A stretch of 64,000 nucleotides of DNA from NCBI GenBank assembly GCA_964016885.1, contig OZ024743.1, forward strand, positions 308,016,001-308,080,000. The letters run 5' to 3'. Made by a program: the position numbers and the translations under genes. Shown here one piece after another: positions 37,577 through 51,382 of the stretch; position 1 is the first letter of the stretch, and each line of letters opens with the position of its first letter. This DNA is from Eledone cirrhosa. Its lineage: Eukaryota. The notes under the pieces are model-generated. The model did no database searches, had not been told where the DNA came from, and was given only the letters and a program-made list of their open reading frames with translations.

Positions 37577-38557
37577 CATGACTGAAAAAAACGGATATAA
37601 AACAGTAATGATGAATATGATAATGGTGGAGATAGTGGTGGCTGGTGGTGAATGTGAGAGGGTGGTGTTGATGTTGATAATGATGGTGGTGGTGTTGATG
37701 GTGGTTGTGGTGGTAGTGATGGTGGCTGCAGTGATGTAGGTAGTGGTTGTGATGATGGTGGTGTTGGTGGTAGTTGGGATGATGTTGGTGTTGATTGTGC
37801 TGTTGGTGGTGGTGGTGATGATGTTGATAATGATGATGATGCAATAGATGTACATGAAAATGAGATGTTTGTTGTGTGGTGTAATATTTTAATTGACAAC
37901 TTGATGATTAACAACAGAACATAGTTGTCAGGGCATCATCATCATCAACAGCAGTGGCAGCAGCAGCATACTCACTCTTTAATGGCTACGTGCATAGGTT
38001 AGACTCACTCTTTAATGGCTACATGAGAGAAGTCAGGTCAGGTGACCAGGTCTTGCTCATATGGAGTTGTATTCTGGCTTGGTTTCTACAGTTGGATGTC
38101 AACCATGTTAGTGTGGACTTGACACTTTTTACCATGATACCAAAGCGACCATCTAATTGGGTGGAGTGGGTGCTTTTTTGTCATGTCACCAGCACAACCA
38201 CCATTACAGGGTGAACTGAGTGCTTTTTTCGTGTCACAAGCATGACAACCTTTACAGGATGGACTGGGTGCTTTTTGTCATGTCACAGGCATGACCATCA
38301 TTACACTGTGGACAGTGTTTTTTGTTGTGTTACCAAAATGACCATTTCACTAGGTGGACTGGGTGCTTTTTCAGCATGGTACCAGCTCAATCACCTACAG
38401 GGTGAACTCTATGCCTTTTGTTGTGTCACTAACATGACCACAATTACAGGGTAGACTGGGTGCTTTTTGTCATGTCACCAGTGCAACTGCCTCACAGGGT
38501 GGATCGGGTAGGTGACAATTGCAGTGACAGCGGTATAGTGTCCTCTGTGTGTTTTTT

Positions 38558-38980
38558 CATGACTTAGTGGTTAGTGTGTTGAAATTATGATCATAATATC
38601 ATGGGTTCGTTTCCTGGACTGGGTTGTGTGTTGTATTCTTGAGCAAAACACTTCATTTCACATTGTTCCAGTATACTGAACTGAAAATAAGTACTAGCAA
38701 TAACTGGAGGTTTAACTCTGTGATGGACTGACATCCTGTCCAGGAAAGAGTTTTGTGCTCCTAGTTGCTTAACACCATGGAAATCAGGATAAGCACCTGC
38801 CTGATGAGCCTTCAGGCTTAAGACAGACTTTAACTTAACTTTATACATATACTTTACCCAACCCTGCAGTAGATAGCCATCCTGTCCAGGGAGAAGTCTT
38901 ATACTCTCAATCACTTAACACCAGGAAAACTGGGATAAGCACTAGACACTAGACTGATGAGCCTCCAGGCTTAAGACTTT
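38558..38980 (+). mobile_element. Diverged tRNA-head SINE with a third tail type and a duplicated tail
   Basis: CTTAGTGGTTAG head, CTTGAGCAAAACACTT body; tail GATAAGCAC...CTGATGAGCC...GGCTTAAGAC occurs twice. Confidence 0.6.
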
Positions 38981-39098
38981 TGGTTGATGCCTGTTTTGTC
39001 ATAATATAAAGATCTGTTTTTCCATTTTTTTACACCATTAATATTCCATGATGGTAGTACTCTTTTATATTGGGATTTGATCCCTGAAATAAAGAGAA

Positions 39099-39285
39099 TT
39101 GTTTCTACTATTGGCACAAGGCCAGCAATTACCCAGTACATTACTGGTACTTTATTTTATCGACCCCGTAAGGATGAAAGGCAAAGTTAACCTCGGCGGG
39201 ATTTGAACTCAGAATGGCAAGGGCCGTAACTCTATGCGTCAAAGCATGGCGTCCGACCCTCTACCGATACTGCCAATTCACCGCC
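39099..39285 (-). mobile_element. Second-family SINE
   Basis: Reverse complement of 5186-5372. Confidence 0.8.
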
Positions 39286-41314
39286 TGAAATAAAGATAAT
39301 ATCATCATTTACCTATCTTCTGATTCTTTATTTGCAGCTCTTACAAAGTACTGTGTAAATAAGTTTTCATCCCAGTTGCTCCTAGTGATATGACATAATC
39401 TAATCTAAGTTATTTGCTTCCACATGTAAATGGCTGCCTACTGCTTCCTGTGGCAATTATTTTCCCACCATGCAGTATAAGATTAAATTTCTTCTTTTTT
39501 TTTTTTTGCAAGGAATTTTTGCTAAGTCATTGAGTTTCAAATAATTTTGAAAATATCAAGAATTTGTAAGTATTTAACAGTATAATAAACTGTCTCATTT
39601 TTTAATTGATGTTTGGAGCATAACTAAGTTTCTGATATAAAATTATGATGGAAGGTTTTAAAATAAGTATAATTTTTTAAAATATACAGTTTTGTCTCCT
39701 AAAACCAGGAGCAGTCTCAGTTGGTTTGGTATAAAAATAATTAACCTTATTTAACCCTTTCATTATCTTACCATATTTCTTATGAAAGACATAACTTGTT
39801 TTCAAGTAATTTTGAAAATAATCAAAAATTTGGAGTAGATTGAGTAATATAACTAACTTTCTTATTAAGTTGGTGCTTGGAGCATAACTTAACAAAGGTT
39901 CTTATATAAAATTATGATGGGAAGTTTTTAGATAAATATAAACACTTTAAAACAATTTAGTATCATAGAACCAGAAGTGATCTCTGGCATACACTGGTAT
40001 CATGACCATCTGAATCTAGAACTATAGTTTCAAATGAATTGATCCTCTGTTTGTTAGTCTGTTACACATGCATTCTTTACAAATATATATTCTGAATGTC
40101 TTCATATTTTTTGTTGTGAATGGCTTTCTTTTCTCTGAATAGGAAAGGTGAATAGCAGACAGTTGTTGGCTAAAATCCATCACAACCTATCATTAAGCTT
40201 TTTTTCTGTATTAACATGAAAAGATCAATATATTGGCAATAGACCAATAGTTATAGGAACAGTCTCAATGGAGAATTTGTCAATGCCATTTAGATAATTA
40301 ACTCTTCAGTGAGGCACATTACTCACCTCTGTATTTCCAGCTGACTCTAAGTATCAGTCTCGTGTCCCAATCCTAAGATAGATTAAAAGGGCATTCACCT
40401 ACAAAATTGGGAAATAGAAACAATTTAGAATGACACATATAGCAACACACCTGAAACTGTCCATTGTTTTATGATATAAAGCCTACTGTAGTCGCAGTTC
40501 AGACCTATATAGATTTAGTTGGCTTTCTATGAGGCTGCACTCCATAGAAAGTTTCTTAGGTGTTTTAGTCATATTGGCCACATTCCTAGCATGGAAAGTC
40601 ATAACCATACCCCTTTTTTCCTCAGACCTAGTTCATCTAGGACTATATTATCCAATGTGTTTTTCAATTTAGAGGATTGTAGAAATATGATTTAACTCTT
40701 CTGATATCAAACCACCTGAAATGTTCCTCTGATTTTATGATACAAACTACTACTACTACTGCTACTGCTGCTATTGCTGCTACTGCTGCTGCTGTTAGGG
40801 TTGTGGGGGAAGAATCCTCAAACACACCTCCTAACAGGTCCTGCCAGAAGTAACCATCTCCAATTGATTTGGCTGGATCCCCAAGTGAGACCAGCTCATG
40901 GGTGTTATCCATCTATATTGCTCAGGGTTTAACCCTGGGTCACCAGGACCAGTTGGTTTTTGCCTGTAAAATCTGTCAAACGATTTTTTCCTAACCACAT
41001 GTCTATAGTACTGGTGTTGTGACCTCTCAATTTGGAGAAGTAGCAACTGGAGTGACTCTCAGAGCTATGCACTCTATCAAAGACCCTTCAGAGGAACCCC
41101 ATATTGGCCACTTGTATTTCCGATCGTATTCTTTCTGAGACATTTTTTAAAACCTGGCAGAGCCCATCTCCTCTCTGGGTTTGACTTCAGCAGATTTCTT
41201 CCAGAGAAAGATAGGGAGTGAAAGAATGGAAGTGAGAAAGAAATATAGAAGAATCAACCCTAGTACTAGACTGGTACATTTTTATTGACCATGAATGGAT
41301 GAAAGGCAAAGTTT

Positions 41315-42907
41315 TCCGGAGAAGGATACGGGTGCAGCACTGCCCCTCCAACGGTCGAGGACGTACGTAGTGTCCCGACACATCTCTGGAACAACAAGGC
41401 GCTGGGCGAAGATGGCGTTCCAGCTGAGGTCTACAAGGCCGAGCCTGATGTCTTCGCAGATTGGCTCCATCGAGTTTTCTCCTCAGTGTGGGCGACGGAG
41501 CGGTTGCCTCCCTGGTGACTGGAGCGAGGCAACTTTCCTACCCTTCTTCAAAAAAGGTGACAGGAAACTGTGTTCCAACTACAGGGGTATCAGTTTAATT
41601 GACGTTGCTGCCAAAACCTTCGCAATTCTTCAGCTGAAGAGGTTCCAGGCCATCCGTGATGTCCGTACCCGTCCTTCTCAGGGCGGCTTCCGTCCGGGGA
41701 GGGGGTGCGTTGATAAAATCTTCAATCTCCGGCGTGTCCTGGAACAACGGTGGGCACATCAACAGCCTACCGTCCTCTGCTTCATCGACTTTGCAGCTGC
41801 CTTCGACTCGGTAGATCGGGATGCCCTATGGCGTATAATGCAGGCGGAGGGTATCCCATTGAAGCTGCTTTGTCTCATACAGGGCTACTACTGGTCGACT
41901 CGGGTTCGAATGAGGGTCTATGGTGGGGAGACGGAGTCGTTCGATGTTGGGACCGGTGTTTGGCAGGGGTGTGCACTATTGCCAACTCTCTTTAACTATG
42001 CCATTGACTACACTCTCAACACAGGGCTCCGTGATTACCCGGGCATAGAGGTCGGGAGAGGGGTCGTGGTGACGGACCTGGCCTACGTGGATGACATCGT
42101 GCTGATGGGTGCTAACGGAACAGATGTACAAGGTGCTCTCGAATGGGTGCACACTGCAGCCGCCGCTGTTGGTCTACGAATCAATGCCGCCAAGTCAAAA
42201 GTCATGACGTCACTGGTCTCGCCTGATGCCTGGCAGCCAATATCTCTCGAGGGCGTGGACCTGGAGGATGTGGAGTCCTTCGTTTACCTGGGCTCAACAG
42301 TGGTTCCAACGGGACAGTGTGCAGCCGAGGTCAAACGTCACATAGGTGTTGCCAGATCCACTTTTGGGCGCCTCCAGCGGTGTCTGTGGGACAGAAGAGA
42401 GATCACCTCGGCGACCAAAGGGCGAATCTACCAGGCCGTCGTTCGCACTATCCTCCTCTATGGCTGTGAAACATGGCCTATGAGGGTAGTCGATCAACGG
42501 GGGCTGGAGGTCTGCGATAATGACTGTTTCCGCTGCGTTCTTCGCTGCCGATGCGTTGATCAGGTACCTACCACCAGTCTTCGTCTGAATCTCCGACCCC
42601 TTTCTTCAGTGCTTCTCCAACTGCGCTTGAGATGATTTGGTCACGCAGCCCGGCGCCCTGAGGGTGAGCTGATCTGCGATGTTCTCCTCCCACAACTTGC
42701 GCAAGCGCGTTGGCAGGCAGCTGAAGACCTGGGCAACGACGATCAAGGAGGACCTCTCCAAACTCTTAGGTTCGCAGGTGGTCGGCCTGCGCCGATGGAA
42801 CCGTGACTAGCTCGCTATCTCCAGTGACCTAGCCCGGGACCGTCGTGCGTCGGCTGCCATGGTTCGGGATGCCGTCGGGACAAGGGTTAATGTCGACACA
42901 AGTACAA
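41315..42907 (+). mobile_element. GC-rich 5'-truncated RTE-clade LINE with a 14-bp TSD, inserted in an old SINE
   Basis: NYRGISL, QGGFRPGRGC, FIDFAAAFDSV, LAYVDD, LLYGCETW; CAAGTACAA tail; GAAAGGCAAAGTTT at 41301-41314 and 42908-42921. Confidence 0.9.
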
Positions 42908-42974
42908 GAAAGGCAAAGTTTACTTCGGTGGGATTTGCCTTCTAAAAATGAACAGTAAAAAAATCTTCCAGATA

Positions 42975-44190
42975 CACCACATTCTTCATTTTACTGTTAG
43001 TACATAGTATATGAAGATTTCTAGGTAGTCCCACTCATGAACAACCTACATATAACTCCATGGCTAAAAAGTAATTCTCTTCTATTCTACAACTTTGAGA
43101 CTCTGACCCTGAGCTTTATTTATGGTCATAGTAAAAATAGTTCTAACAGGGAACTGAAGTCTTGAGAATTTGAACGGCAGCTCAGTAGATGAAGGAATAA
43201 GAGGAATCTTGGGAATAAATGCATTTTCTCCTTGATTGCTCCACGAATAGTGACCTTTATAAGATGGTTCATCATCATCCTGGCTATAAAGTGTGTGCCA
43301 TTGCATAGAAGTAATGGGTCCACATTTCTCTAAAGGATGTTCAAATCTTTTATATTATATGTAGATATAGACCCAAGAAGACCTGGGATTAGGTGATAAA
43401 AGTCGACCTTACCCAATTGCACCTCTCACGGGCGATGACACACGACCGTGACCTCTGGCATCACGCAGTAATACAGAAGGCCCGACTTCCCACGGGAACA
43501 AGCCGAAGCTCAAGCATATAGACAATACGCCCCCACCCCCTCCCACTGCAAAGTGGTCGTTGAGGTGCCATGGCAAAAAAAGCACCCAGCCCACACTGTA
43601 AATGAGGTTGCTGTTAGGAAGGGCATCCAGCTGTAGAAATCAAGCCAGAATCAGTTCCCTTATGAGCAAGATAAGGTCAACCGACTGGATACTGCCCACA
43701 CCAGGACAACCCGCCTAACCCATGCTAGCATGGAAGAACGGATGTAAAGTGGTGATGATGATAGATATGTACATAGATAATTATTTATAAATGTGTGTGT
43801 GTGTACGTGCACCTGTATGTGTGTAAACCAGCGTCCGAATCGTGTGTTTAATTCACTGTGTATCTGATTAAGTTTTTATGTGAAAATATGTGTGTATGTA
43901 ACTTACTAAGGCGTAACGTATGTAACAAACACGCAAACGCACTCACAGACACATACACACTCATATACAAAAATGATGTTGTCGTGTTATAAAATATCCG
44001 TTTAATTATAGTTGTCTATAGTAGATTATTTTAGATAAAGTGTTATATTGTTTTAACCCAACTGAAAATAATATGATGTTACTCCTGGAGTCTAACACTA
44101 TTACCATGTAAAATTTGATCTGATTTGGTTGAGCCGTTTTGGAATGCAGAAAAAAACAGACAGAGACGAAGAATTTTACATAAAGAGAGA
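42975..44190 (-). mobile_element. Helitron remnant (5' end and PIF1-helicase C-terminus), interrupted by an RTE 3' fragment
   Basis: LCNGT and IPKIPL...LPFKFSRLQFPV...MTINKAQGQSL at about 43020-43320; minus-strand A|TC start at 44190 followed by Helitron-like AAAACGGCTCAACC...AAATTTT. Joining the two parts is inference. Confidence 0.7.
43370..43762 (+). mobile_element. RTE 3' end fragment
   Basis: AGACCCAAGAAGACCTGGG (RPKKTW) through a (GAT)n tail. Confidence 0.8.
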
Positions 44191-44534
44191 TGGTTATGAT
44201 TTGCAAAAGGAATTTAAAAAAGGGTCAGAGAGAAATAAAGGGAAAGAAAAAATCTGAGTAGATGTAGATACTCAATTACACACTACAACAGGGAATGTTG
44301 GTGTTGCCTTCTAAAAGCCAAGACATTGATGGCGTTACTACAGGTGATAGCAAAGCTAAGGAGCTATAATAGCGAGTTACCCTCATAAACATCACCTTAT
44401 ACTTCAGTATAGGAAGCCAGAACCATAGGCAATGACAAAAACCTTCTTGTCAGCACCGCAGATCCTCCCCCACACCCTGAACATTTCAAATTCAATAGGC
44501 TGAAAAATGAATTTACCTATAAATGATGGTATTT

Positions 44535-46445
44535 CAGCATAGCCATCATAATCATCATAGTCATCACAGCCTTCATAACCATCACAACTATCATAGTCAT
44601 TGCAGCCATCACAATCATCATAGCCACCATAACAATCATAGCCATCATAACCATCACAGCCATCATAACCATCACAGCCATCATAACCATCACAGCCATC
44701 ACATCCACCATAACCATCACAGCCACCATAACCATCACAGCCATCACAGCCATCATAACCATCACAGCCACCATAACTATCACAGCCACCATAACTATCA
44801 CAGCCACCATAACTATCACAGCCATCATAACTATCACAGCCACCATAACCATCACAGCCACCATAACCATCACAGCCATCATAGCCATCACAGCCATCAT
44901 AGCCATCAGATCATCATAACCATCACAGCCATCACAACCATCATAACCATCACAGCCATCATAACCATCACAGCCATCATAGCCATCACAACCATCACAG
45001 CCACCATAACCATCACAGCCATCATAACCATCATAGCCATCACAGCCATCATAACCATCATAACCATCACAACCATCACAGCCATCATAACCATCACAAC
45101 CATCACAGCCACCATAACCATCACAGCCATCATAACCATCATAGCCATCACAGCCATCACAACCATCACAGCCACCATAACCATCACAGCCATCATAACC
45201 ATCATAACCATCACAGCCATCAGAACCATCACAGCCATCACAACCATCACAGCCACCATAACCATCACAGCCATCATAACCATCATAGCCATCACAGCCA
45301 TCATAACCATCATAACCATCACAGCCATCATAACCATCACAGCCATCATAACCATCACAGCCATCATAACTATCACAGCCATCATAGCCATCAGATCATC
45401 ATAACCATCACAGCCATCATAACCATCACAGCCATCATAACCATCACAGCCATCATAACCATCACAGCCATCACAACCATCACAGCCACCATAACCATCA
45501 CAGCCATCATAACCATCACAGCCACCATAACCATCACAGCCACCATAACCATCACAGCCATCATAACCATCACAGCCATCATAACTATCACAGCCATCAT
45601 AACTATCACAGCCATCATAACCATCACAGCCATCATAACTATCACAGCCATCATAACCATCACAGCCATCATAACCATCACAGCCATCACAGCCACCATC
45701 ACAACCATCACAGCCATCATAACCATCACAGCCATCATAACCATCACAGCCATCATAACTATCACAGCCACCATAACCATCACAGCCATCATAGCCATCA
45801 CAGCCATCATAGCCATCAGAACCATCATAACCATCACAGCCATCACAGCCACCATAACCATCATAGCCATCACAGCCACCATAACCATCACAGCCATCAC
45901 AGCCATCATAACTATCACAGCCATCACAGCCACCATAACCATCATAGCCATCACAGCCATCAGAACCATCACAGCCATCATAACCATCACAGCCACCATA
46001 ACCATCACAGCCACCATAACCATCACAGCCACCATAACCATCACAGCCATCATAACCACCATAACCATCACAGCCATCATAACCATCACAGCCATCACAG
46101 CCATCATAGCCACCATAACCATCACAGCCATCATAGCCACCATAGCCATCATAGCCACCATAACCATCACAGCCATCACAGCCATCAGAACCATCATAAC
46201 CATCACAGCCATCATAACCATCAGAACCATCACAGCCACCATAACCATCACAGCCACCATAACCATCACAGCCACCATAACCATCACAGCCACCATAACC
46301 ATCACAGCCACCATAACCATCACAGCCATCATAACCATCACAGCCACCATAACCATCACAGCCATCATAACCATCAGAACCATCACGGATATCATAACCA
46401 TCACAGCCATAAATAACCATCACAACCATCACAGCCAACCATAAC
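44535..46445. repeat. 1.9-kb array of 9-bp units (CCATCACAG / CCATCATAA / CCACCATAA)
   Basis: Direct inspection; accounts for the long low-complexity ORFs. Confidence 0.95.
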
Positions 46446-46467
46446 CACTTAAAACATTATATTATAT

Positions 46468-46652
46468 GGTGGATTGGCAGTATTAGTAGAGGGTCGGACG
46501 CCATGCTTTGACGTATAGAGTTACGGCCCTTGCCATTCTGAATTCACATCCTGCTGAGTTTAGCTTTGCCTTTCATCCTTACGGGGTCGATAAAATAAAG
46601 TACCAGTAATGCACTGGGTAATTGCTGGCCTTGTGCCAAAAGTAGAAACAAT
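46468..46652 (+). mobile_element. Second-family SINE
   Basis: Matches 5186-5372. Confidence 0.75.
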
Positions 46653-48395
46653 TATATTATATAATAGTATTATATATTAAGTATCAAAGTGTTTTGTTAT
46701 ACAACAGTGACACTCACTGTCATCACTGTTGTTTTTTATCTGTTAAAAGTCAGTTGTCCAGTTGTTTTATAGCCTATATAAGTAAAAGTAGTTTTAAGTA
46801 AAATCCTACTCAAGATATGGATGAGCTTTATCAGTCTGATCAACAATAAATGGTGGAGTTTTATTTTGTTTCACTTTAATACATTCATATTTATTCATTC
46901 TTATTTCAATTTTCTAGAGAAATAGCTTTAATATGGTAAAATTTAATCTCCTGTCAGAGCAATGTCACAAAAAGCAGTTGAGTATAAGAATGTGATGAAG
47001 GCAGCTGCCATTATGGTATGAAGTAGATTTCCATCCTCACATCAAACATTCTGTCACTAGTCTCGATGCAAATCAATATTATTTTACTAAAGAGGTCAAA
47101 CTAGGAATGTTTGAAATTGTTATTTCTGATTATATATATATATGAGAGAGAGAGAGAGATAAGTGCAAGCATGGCTATGTGGTTAATGTGTTTGTTTTGT
47201 AACCACGTGATTTCAGGTTCAGTCCCATTGGGCAAATGTCTTTTACTATAGCCTTGGAGTCACCTATGCCTTGTCAGTGAAAATAGATGTCACACCACCA
47301 GGTCTTACCTTTTCTATGCCTCTGTTATCCTTTGTCTCCACATTGCACTCCAGTCCATATTATTCTTTTCTGTTTTACTATTCCTCTCCTTTCTATGTTT
47401 TTCTCCTTTAGCTAAGGCCTCGTGCACCGTCCTCTTTGTCAGTTGATGCACTTGGGATACTTTTTTGTCTTTATTTGAATAATTTGTAGAAAAGGTTTAA
47501 CTTTCCCTGTTTTTGTCTCTACCTATTTTGTTACATCCCAATGTTCACTGGAACAAACAGTGTCAACCTTAGTGTACCAAAACTGTAGTGATATCCAGAG
47601 GTTGACTACGGAGATGGATGGGACTGTCTGTTTTTCTCTTGCTTTTTCTGTTGTCTTTGTCCTGTGAATACCCCATGTTTTGAATGTGTTTGTGTGTGTG
47701 ATTGAATGGCTGTGTCTACATTTACTGTTTATTTATGTCCTGTAACTTGGTGGTTTGACAAATTGAGATTAGTAACATAAGTCCAGGAGTTGATATGACT
47801 GATTAAATACTTTTGCAGTAGTGCTCCAACATGACCACAGTTGAGTGGTTGTAAACAGTAAAAATAATAAAGGAAGAATTAATTGAAATAGAAATATATA
47901 ATAAATAAAAAAACTGTATTAAAATATCTCTAAGTTCAAATAAGTTTGGTTTAGGTCAGAGGTCACAAACATGTAGCCCACAGGGTCACCAAACAAGAGT
48001 TCCTGACTGATGACCCTGTGATAAACAGGCAAAACTCCAGAGTAACAAGACTCACTATTTAGCCTTAATAAAATGAATATTAAAACACTTTACGTCAGTA
48101 TTGAGTACTCCTTTCTCTCAGCCATCAATGACATGTGGATATATATAGAAAATTACAAAAATAGTATTAAAAACACCATAATCCAGATGAGTAGGAATAA
48201 CTTTTATTGTGTAACACTTGCACATATTTCATCATATTGTATTATATATGTCTTGGACTGCTAATTTTTTTATTATTTCATTATATATCTATATATATAT
48301 ATATATATATAGTAGTAATAATAATAATAATAAATGTGAAGACTAAAATCCAAAGAGGGCTCGATAATCTTTTATTTTAATAAATATATATATAT

Positions 48396-49260
48396 TAGGG
48401 TGGCCCTTAGCAATAGGTAATTTTCTGAAAGTTAAAATTCTGCTGCTCCCACCTTGTTTCAATCAACAAAAACACAGAGAGGGCAAAATTTCAGCTCAAT
48501 CGGACAACTGTTTGGGAACCCTCAAACGCCTTGAAGATGGAACATAGTATATGCAACGATTAATTCTGTTAATTTCTTTTTTCTTCTTAGAGAAATTTAT
48601 GTGGACACATTCAGGCAACCCCAGCAAATGTTTTAAAATGCTCTGAATCAAATTTATCAATAGTTAATTTGAAAAATTCCTGAAATAACATGAAAAACTT
48701 AGGAAATATTAGGTTTTCTTAATAAAGCACACCACTTTTATAAGAGAAACATTTTTTTAGAACAATAATTTCTATAGAATCAAAAACATAATGTGAACAC
48801 TAAATATTGAACATTATTTTTGCATAATGTACTGGGTAATTACTGGCCTTGTGCCAAAAGTAGAAACAATTATTTTTGCATAAGAGAGGATTTAGTGGCA
48901 GTTGGGTATGTTTTATGGTTTTCGGTAACAATCTGTAAAAACAGATTGTTTCTCAGTTTCTTGTAATTCTGAATGAGTTTGACACCTCTTTCTGCAACAT
49001 CATTCACAACAACTGTCTTCTCAAGTTTTTCAAGTCCACTTTTGTAACCAGGATCATCCTTCCATGTTGAAGAGTCTTTGTTGAGGAAATTGGTGCTGAT
49101 AGAAATTCTCGGGAAGAAAGTTTTTGTACCAGGAGTTACAAAAGATGAAAACTCGATGTTTGTAAAGGAAGAAAAGTCATTTTGGTGCAGAATGTACCTC
49201 TTCAGTTGTTTTTGTTTTCTTCTTCCTCCTCTTTACCTTTGTCTGCTTCCAGCATAACTT
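48396..49260 (-). mobile_element. DNA transposon remnant (hAT-like terminus and transposase C-terminal fragment)
   Basis: Terminus TAGGGTGGCCCTTAGCAATAGG; minus strand reads WKDDPGY...VVVNDVAERGVKLIQ. Superfamily call is tentative. Confidence 0.55.
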
Positions 49261-49274
49261 GAGCAATATTTGCC

Positions 49275-49865
49275 TTAACCTCTCCTTGCTCTCCTTTTCT
49301 CACTGCTCTCCTTGCTTTCCTTTTCTCACTGCTCTCCTTGCTTTCCTTTTCTCACTGCTCTCCTTGCTTTCCTTTTCTCACTGCTCTCCTTGCTCTCCTT
49401 TTCTCACTGCTTTCCCTTTCTCCTTTTCTCATTGCTCTCCTTGTTCTCCTTTCTTTCTTTTTCTCATTGCTCTCCTTGCTCTCCTTTTCTCATTGCTCTC
49501 CCTTTCTCATTGCTCTCCTTGCTCTCCTTTTCTCATTGCTCTCCTTGCTCTCCTTTTCTCATTGCTCTCCTTGCTCTCCTTTTCTTATTGCTCTCCTTGC
49601 TCTCCTTTCCTTATTGCTCTCCTTGCGTCACTGCTTTCCTTTTATCCTTGCTCTCCATTTCTTACTGTTTTTCTTGCTCTCCTTTTCTCACTGCTCTCCT
49701 TGCTCTTCTTTTCTTGTTGCTCACCTTGCTTTTCTTTTCTCATTTTCTCATTGCTCTCCTTGCTCGCCTTTTCTCATTGCTCTCCTTTTCTTCTTACTCT
49801 CCTTTTCTCATTGCTCTCCTTTTCTCCTTGCTCTCCTTTCCTATTTGCTCTCCCCTTCTCCTTGT
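49275..49865. repeat. Pyrimidine-rich tandem repeat of about 26 bp
   Basis: TTGCTCTCCTTGCTCTCCTTTTCTCA units. Confidence 0.9.
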
Positions 49866-49984
49866 ATTTATGTACTTGTTTATATTCAAATACAATGAGA
49901 AAAGGGGAACAAGGGGAAATATGAAAGCAAGGATAGTAAGGAGAGTATATATATACATATATATACATATCATATATGTATATA

Positions 49985-50885
49985 TCATCATTAACACTGT
50001 TTTACGTCCATTCTTCCATGCTAACATGGGTTAGACGGGTTGTCCTGTTGTGGGCAGTGTTCAGTCGGCTGACCATGTCTTGCTCATAAGAGAACTGATT
50101 CTGGCTTGATTTCTACAGCTGGATGCCCTTCCTAACACCAACCTCATTTACAGTGAGTGCTGGGTGCTTTTTTTCTGTGGCGCCTACACGTCCACTTTAC
50201 AGTGTGGGCTGGGTGCTTTTTTGCCGTGGCACCTCCACGACCACTTTGCAGTGGGAGGGTGTGGGGGCATATTGTCTATATGCTTCAGCTTCGGCTTGTA
50301 CCCATGGGAGGTAGGTCTTCTATATTACTGCGTGATGCCAGAGGTCATGGTCGTGTGTCATTACCTTTGAGAGGTGTAATTGGGTAAGGTCGGCTTTTAT
50401 CACCTCATTCCAGGTCTTCTTGGGTCTCCCCACTCCATGGCTTCCATCGACTTCTAGTGCCCTGCACCTTTTTATGCAGCTGTTATCCTTCATATGCATC
50501 ACATGTCCTTACCAACACAACCTCCTCTCCTGCACACAGCATTTGATTCCTCTTATGCTCAGTCTCTCTCTCAATTCGTTTATGCTTTGTCGTTCGCATA
50601 TATTACTATTACACATGCATCGGAGCATGCAGGCTTCATTTCTTTCTAATCTGCGCAAGTCTTCCACCTTCAGCGCCCAGGTCTCACTACCATGAAACAT
50701 TGCTGTTTGTATACATGCATCATACAGTCTTTCATTTTGAGGGAAAAGCCTTTTGCAGCTAACAGTGGCAGAAGCTCCCTGAACTTCTTCCATCCCGTTC
50801 TTACCCTAGTTATTGTACTTTCCGAACACACACCTTCGCTGCTAATTCGGTCACCTAGGTAGCAGAAGCTGTCTACTGTTTCTAC
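49985..50885 (-). mobile_element. RTE LINE 3' fragment
   Basis: LYDACIQTAMFHGSETW...GRPKKTW followed by the long 3' UTR. Confidence 0.85.
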
Positions 50886-50984
50886 ATATATATGTATTTA
50901 CAGAAACCTCACTTAGATATTCAATAATTTCGAAGTCACGGTCCAGGTATGTTATATATACAGATATGTGCATGTGTGTATATA

Positions 50985-51024
<40 letters not shown>

Positions 51025-51382
51025 CTCTGTTGAATATTGAGTGCTAATTTTGGCATACTGCCTATGGAAGCACCATAGCTACCATTTTACACAAGTATAT
51101 ATATATACATATGTGTGTGTATGGGTGTGTGTGTATTTTTTTCTCACTAGTCAGTTCTTTCGTTGCTACAGATCACGCAGCTGAATTAGCGGTCGCTATT
51201 TTCAATTTGCAAAGCCCTTTAAACTGTATGTTATTACTCTGAGGTCTATTCCTTGTCGAGTGCTTGACTTAGCTGCTACTCGAACTTCGAATATGCTGTA
51301 CTTTTGTATATATATATATATATATTACTCAATACCGAGTACTCATTTCTCTCAGCTGTCAACCACATGGATATATGTATAT

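Noticed and set aside
38800-38830. CTGATGA-GCC-TTCA-GGC as a hammerhead core (also near 38954)
   Set aside because: Followed by TTAA rather than GAAA, no stems I or III, and it lies in a SINE tail.
49259-50034. Leu/Ser/Phe-rich membrane-protein-like ORFs
   Set aside because: Products of a pyrimidine-rich tandem repeat, open in all three frames.
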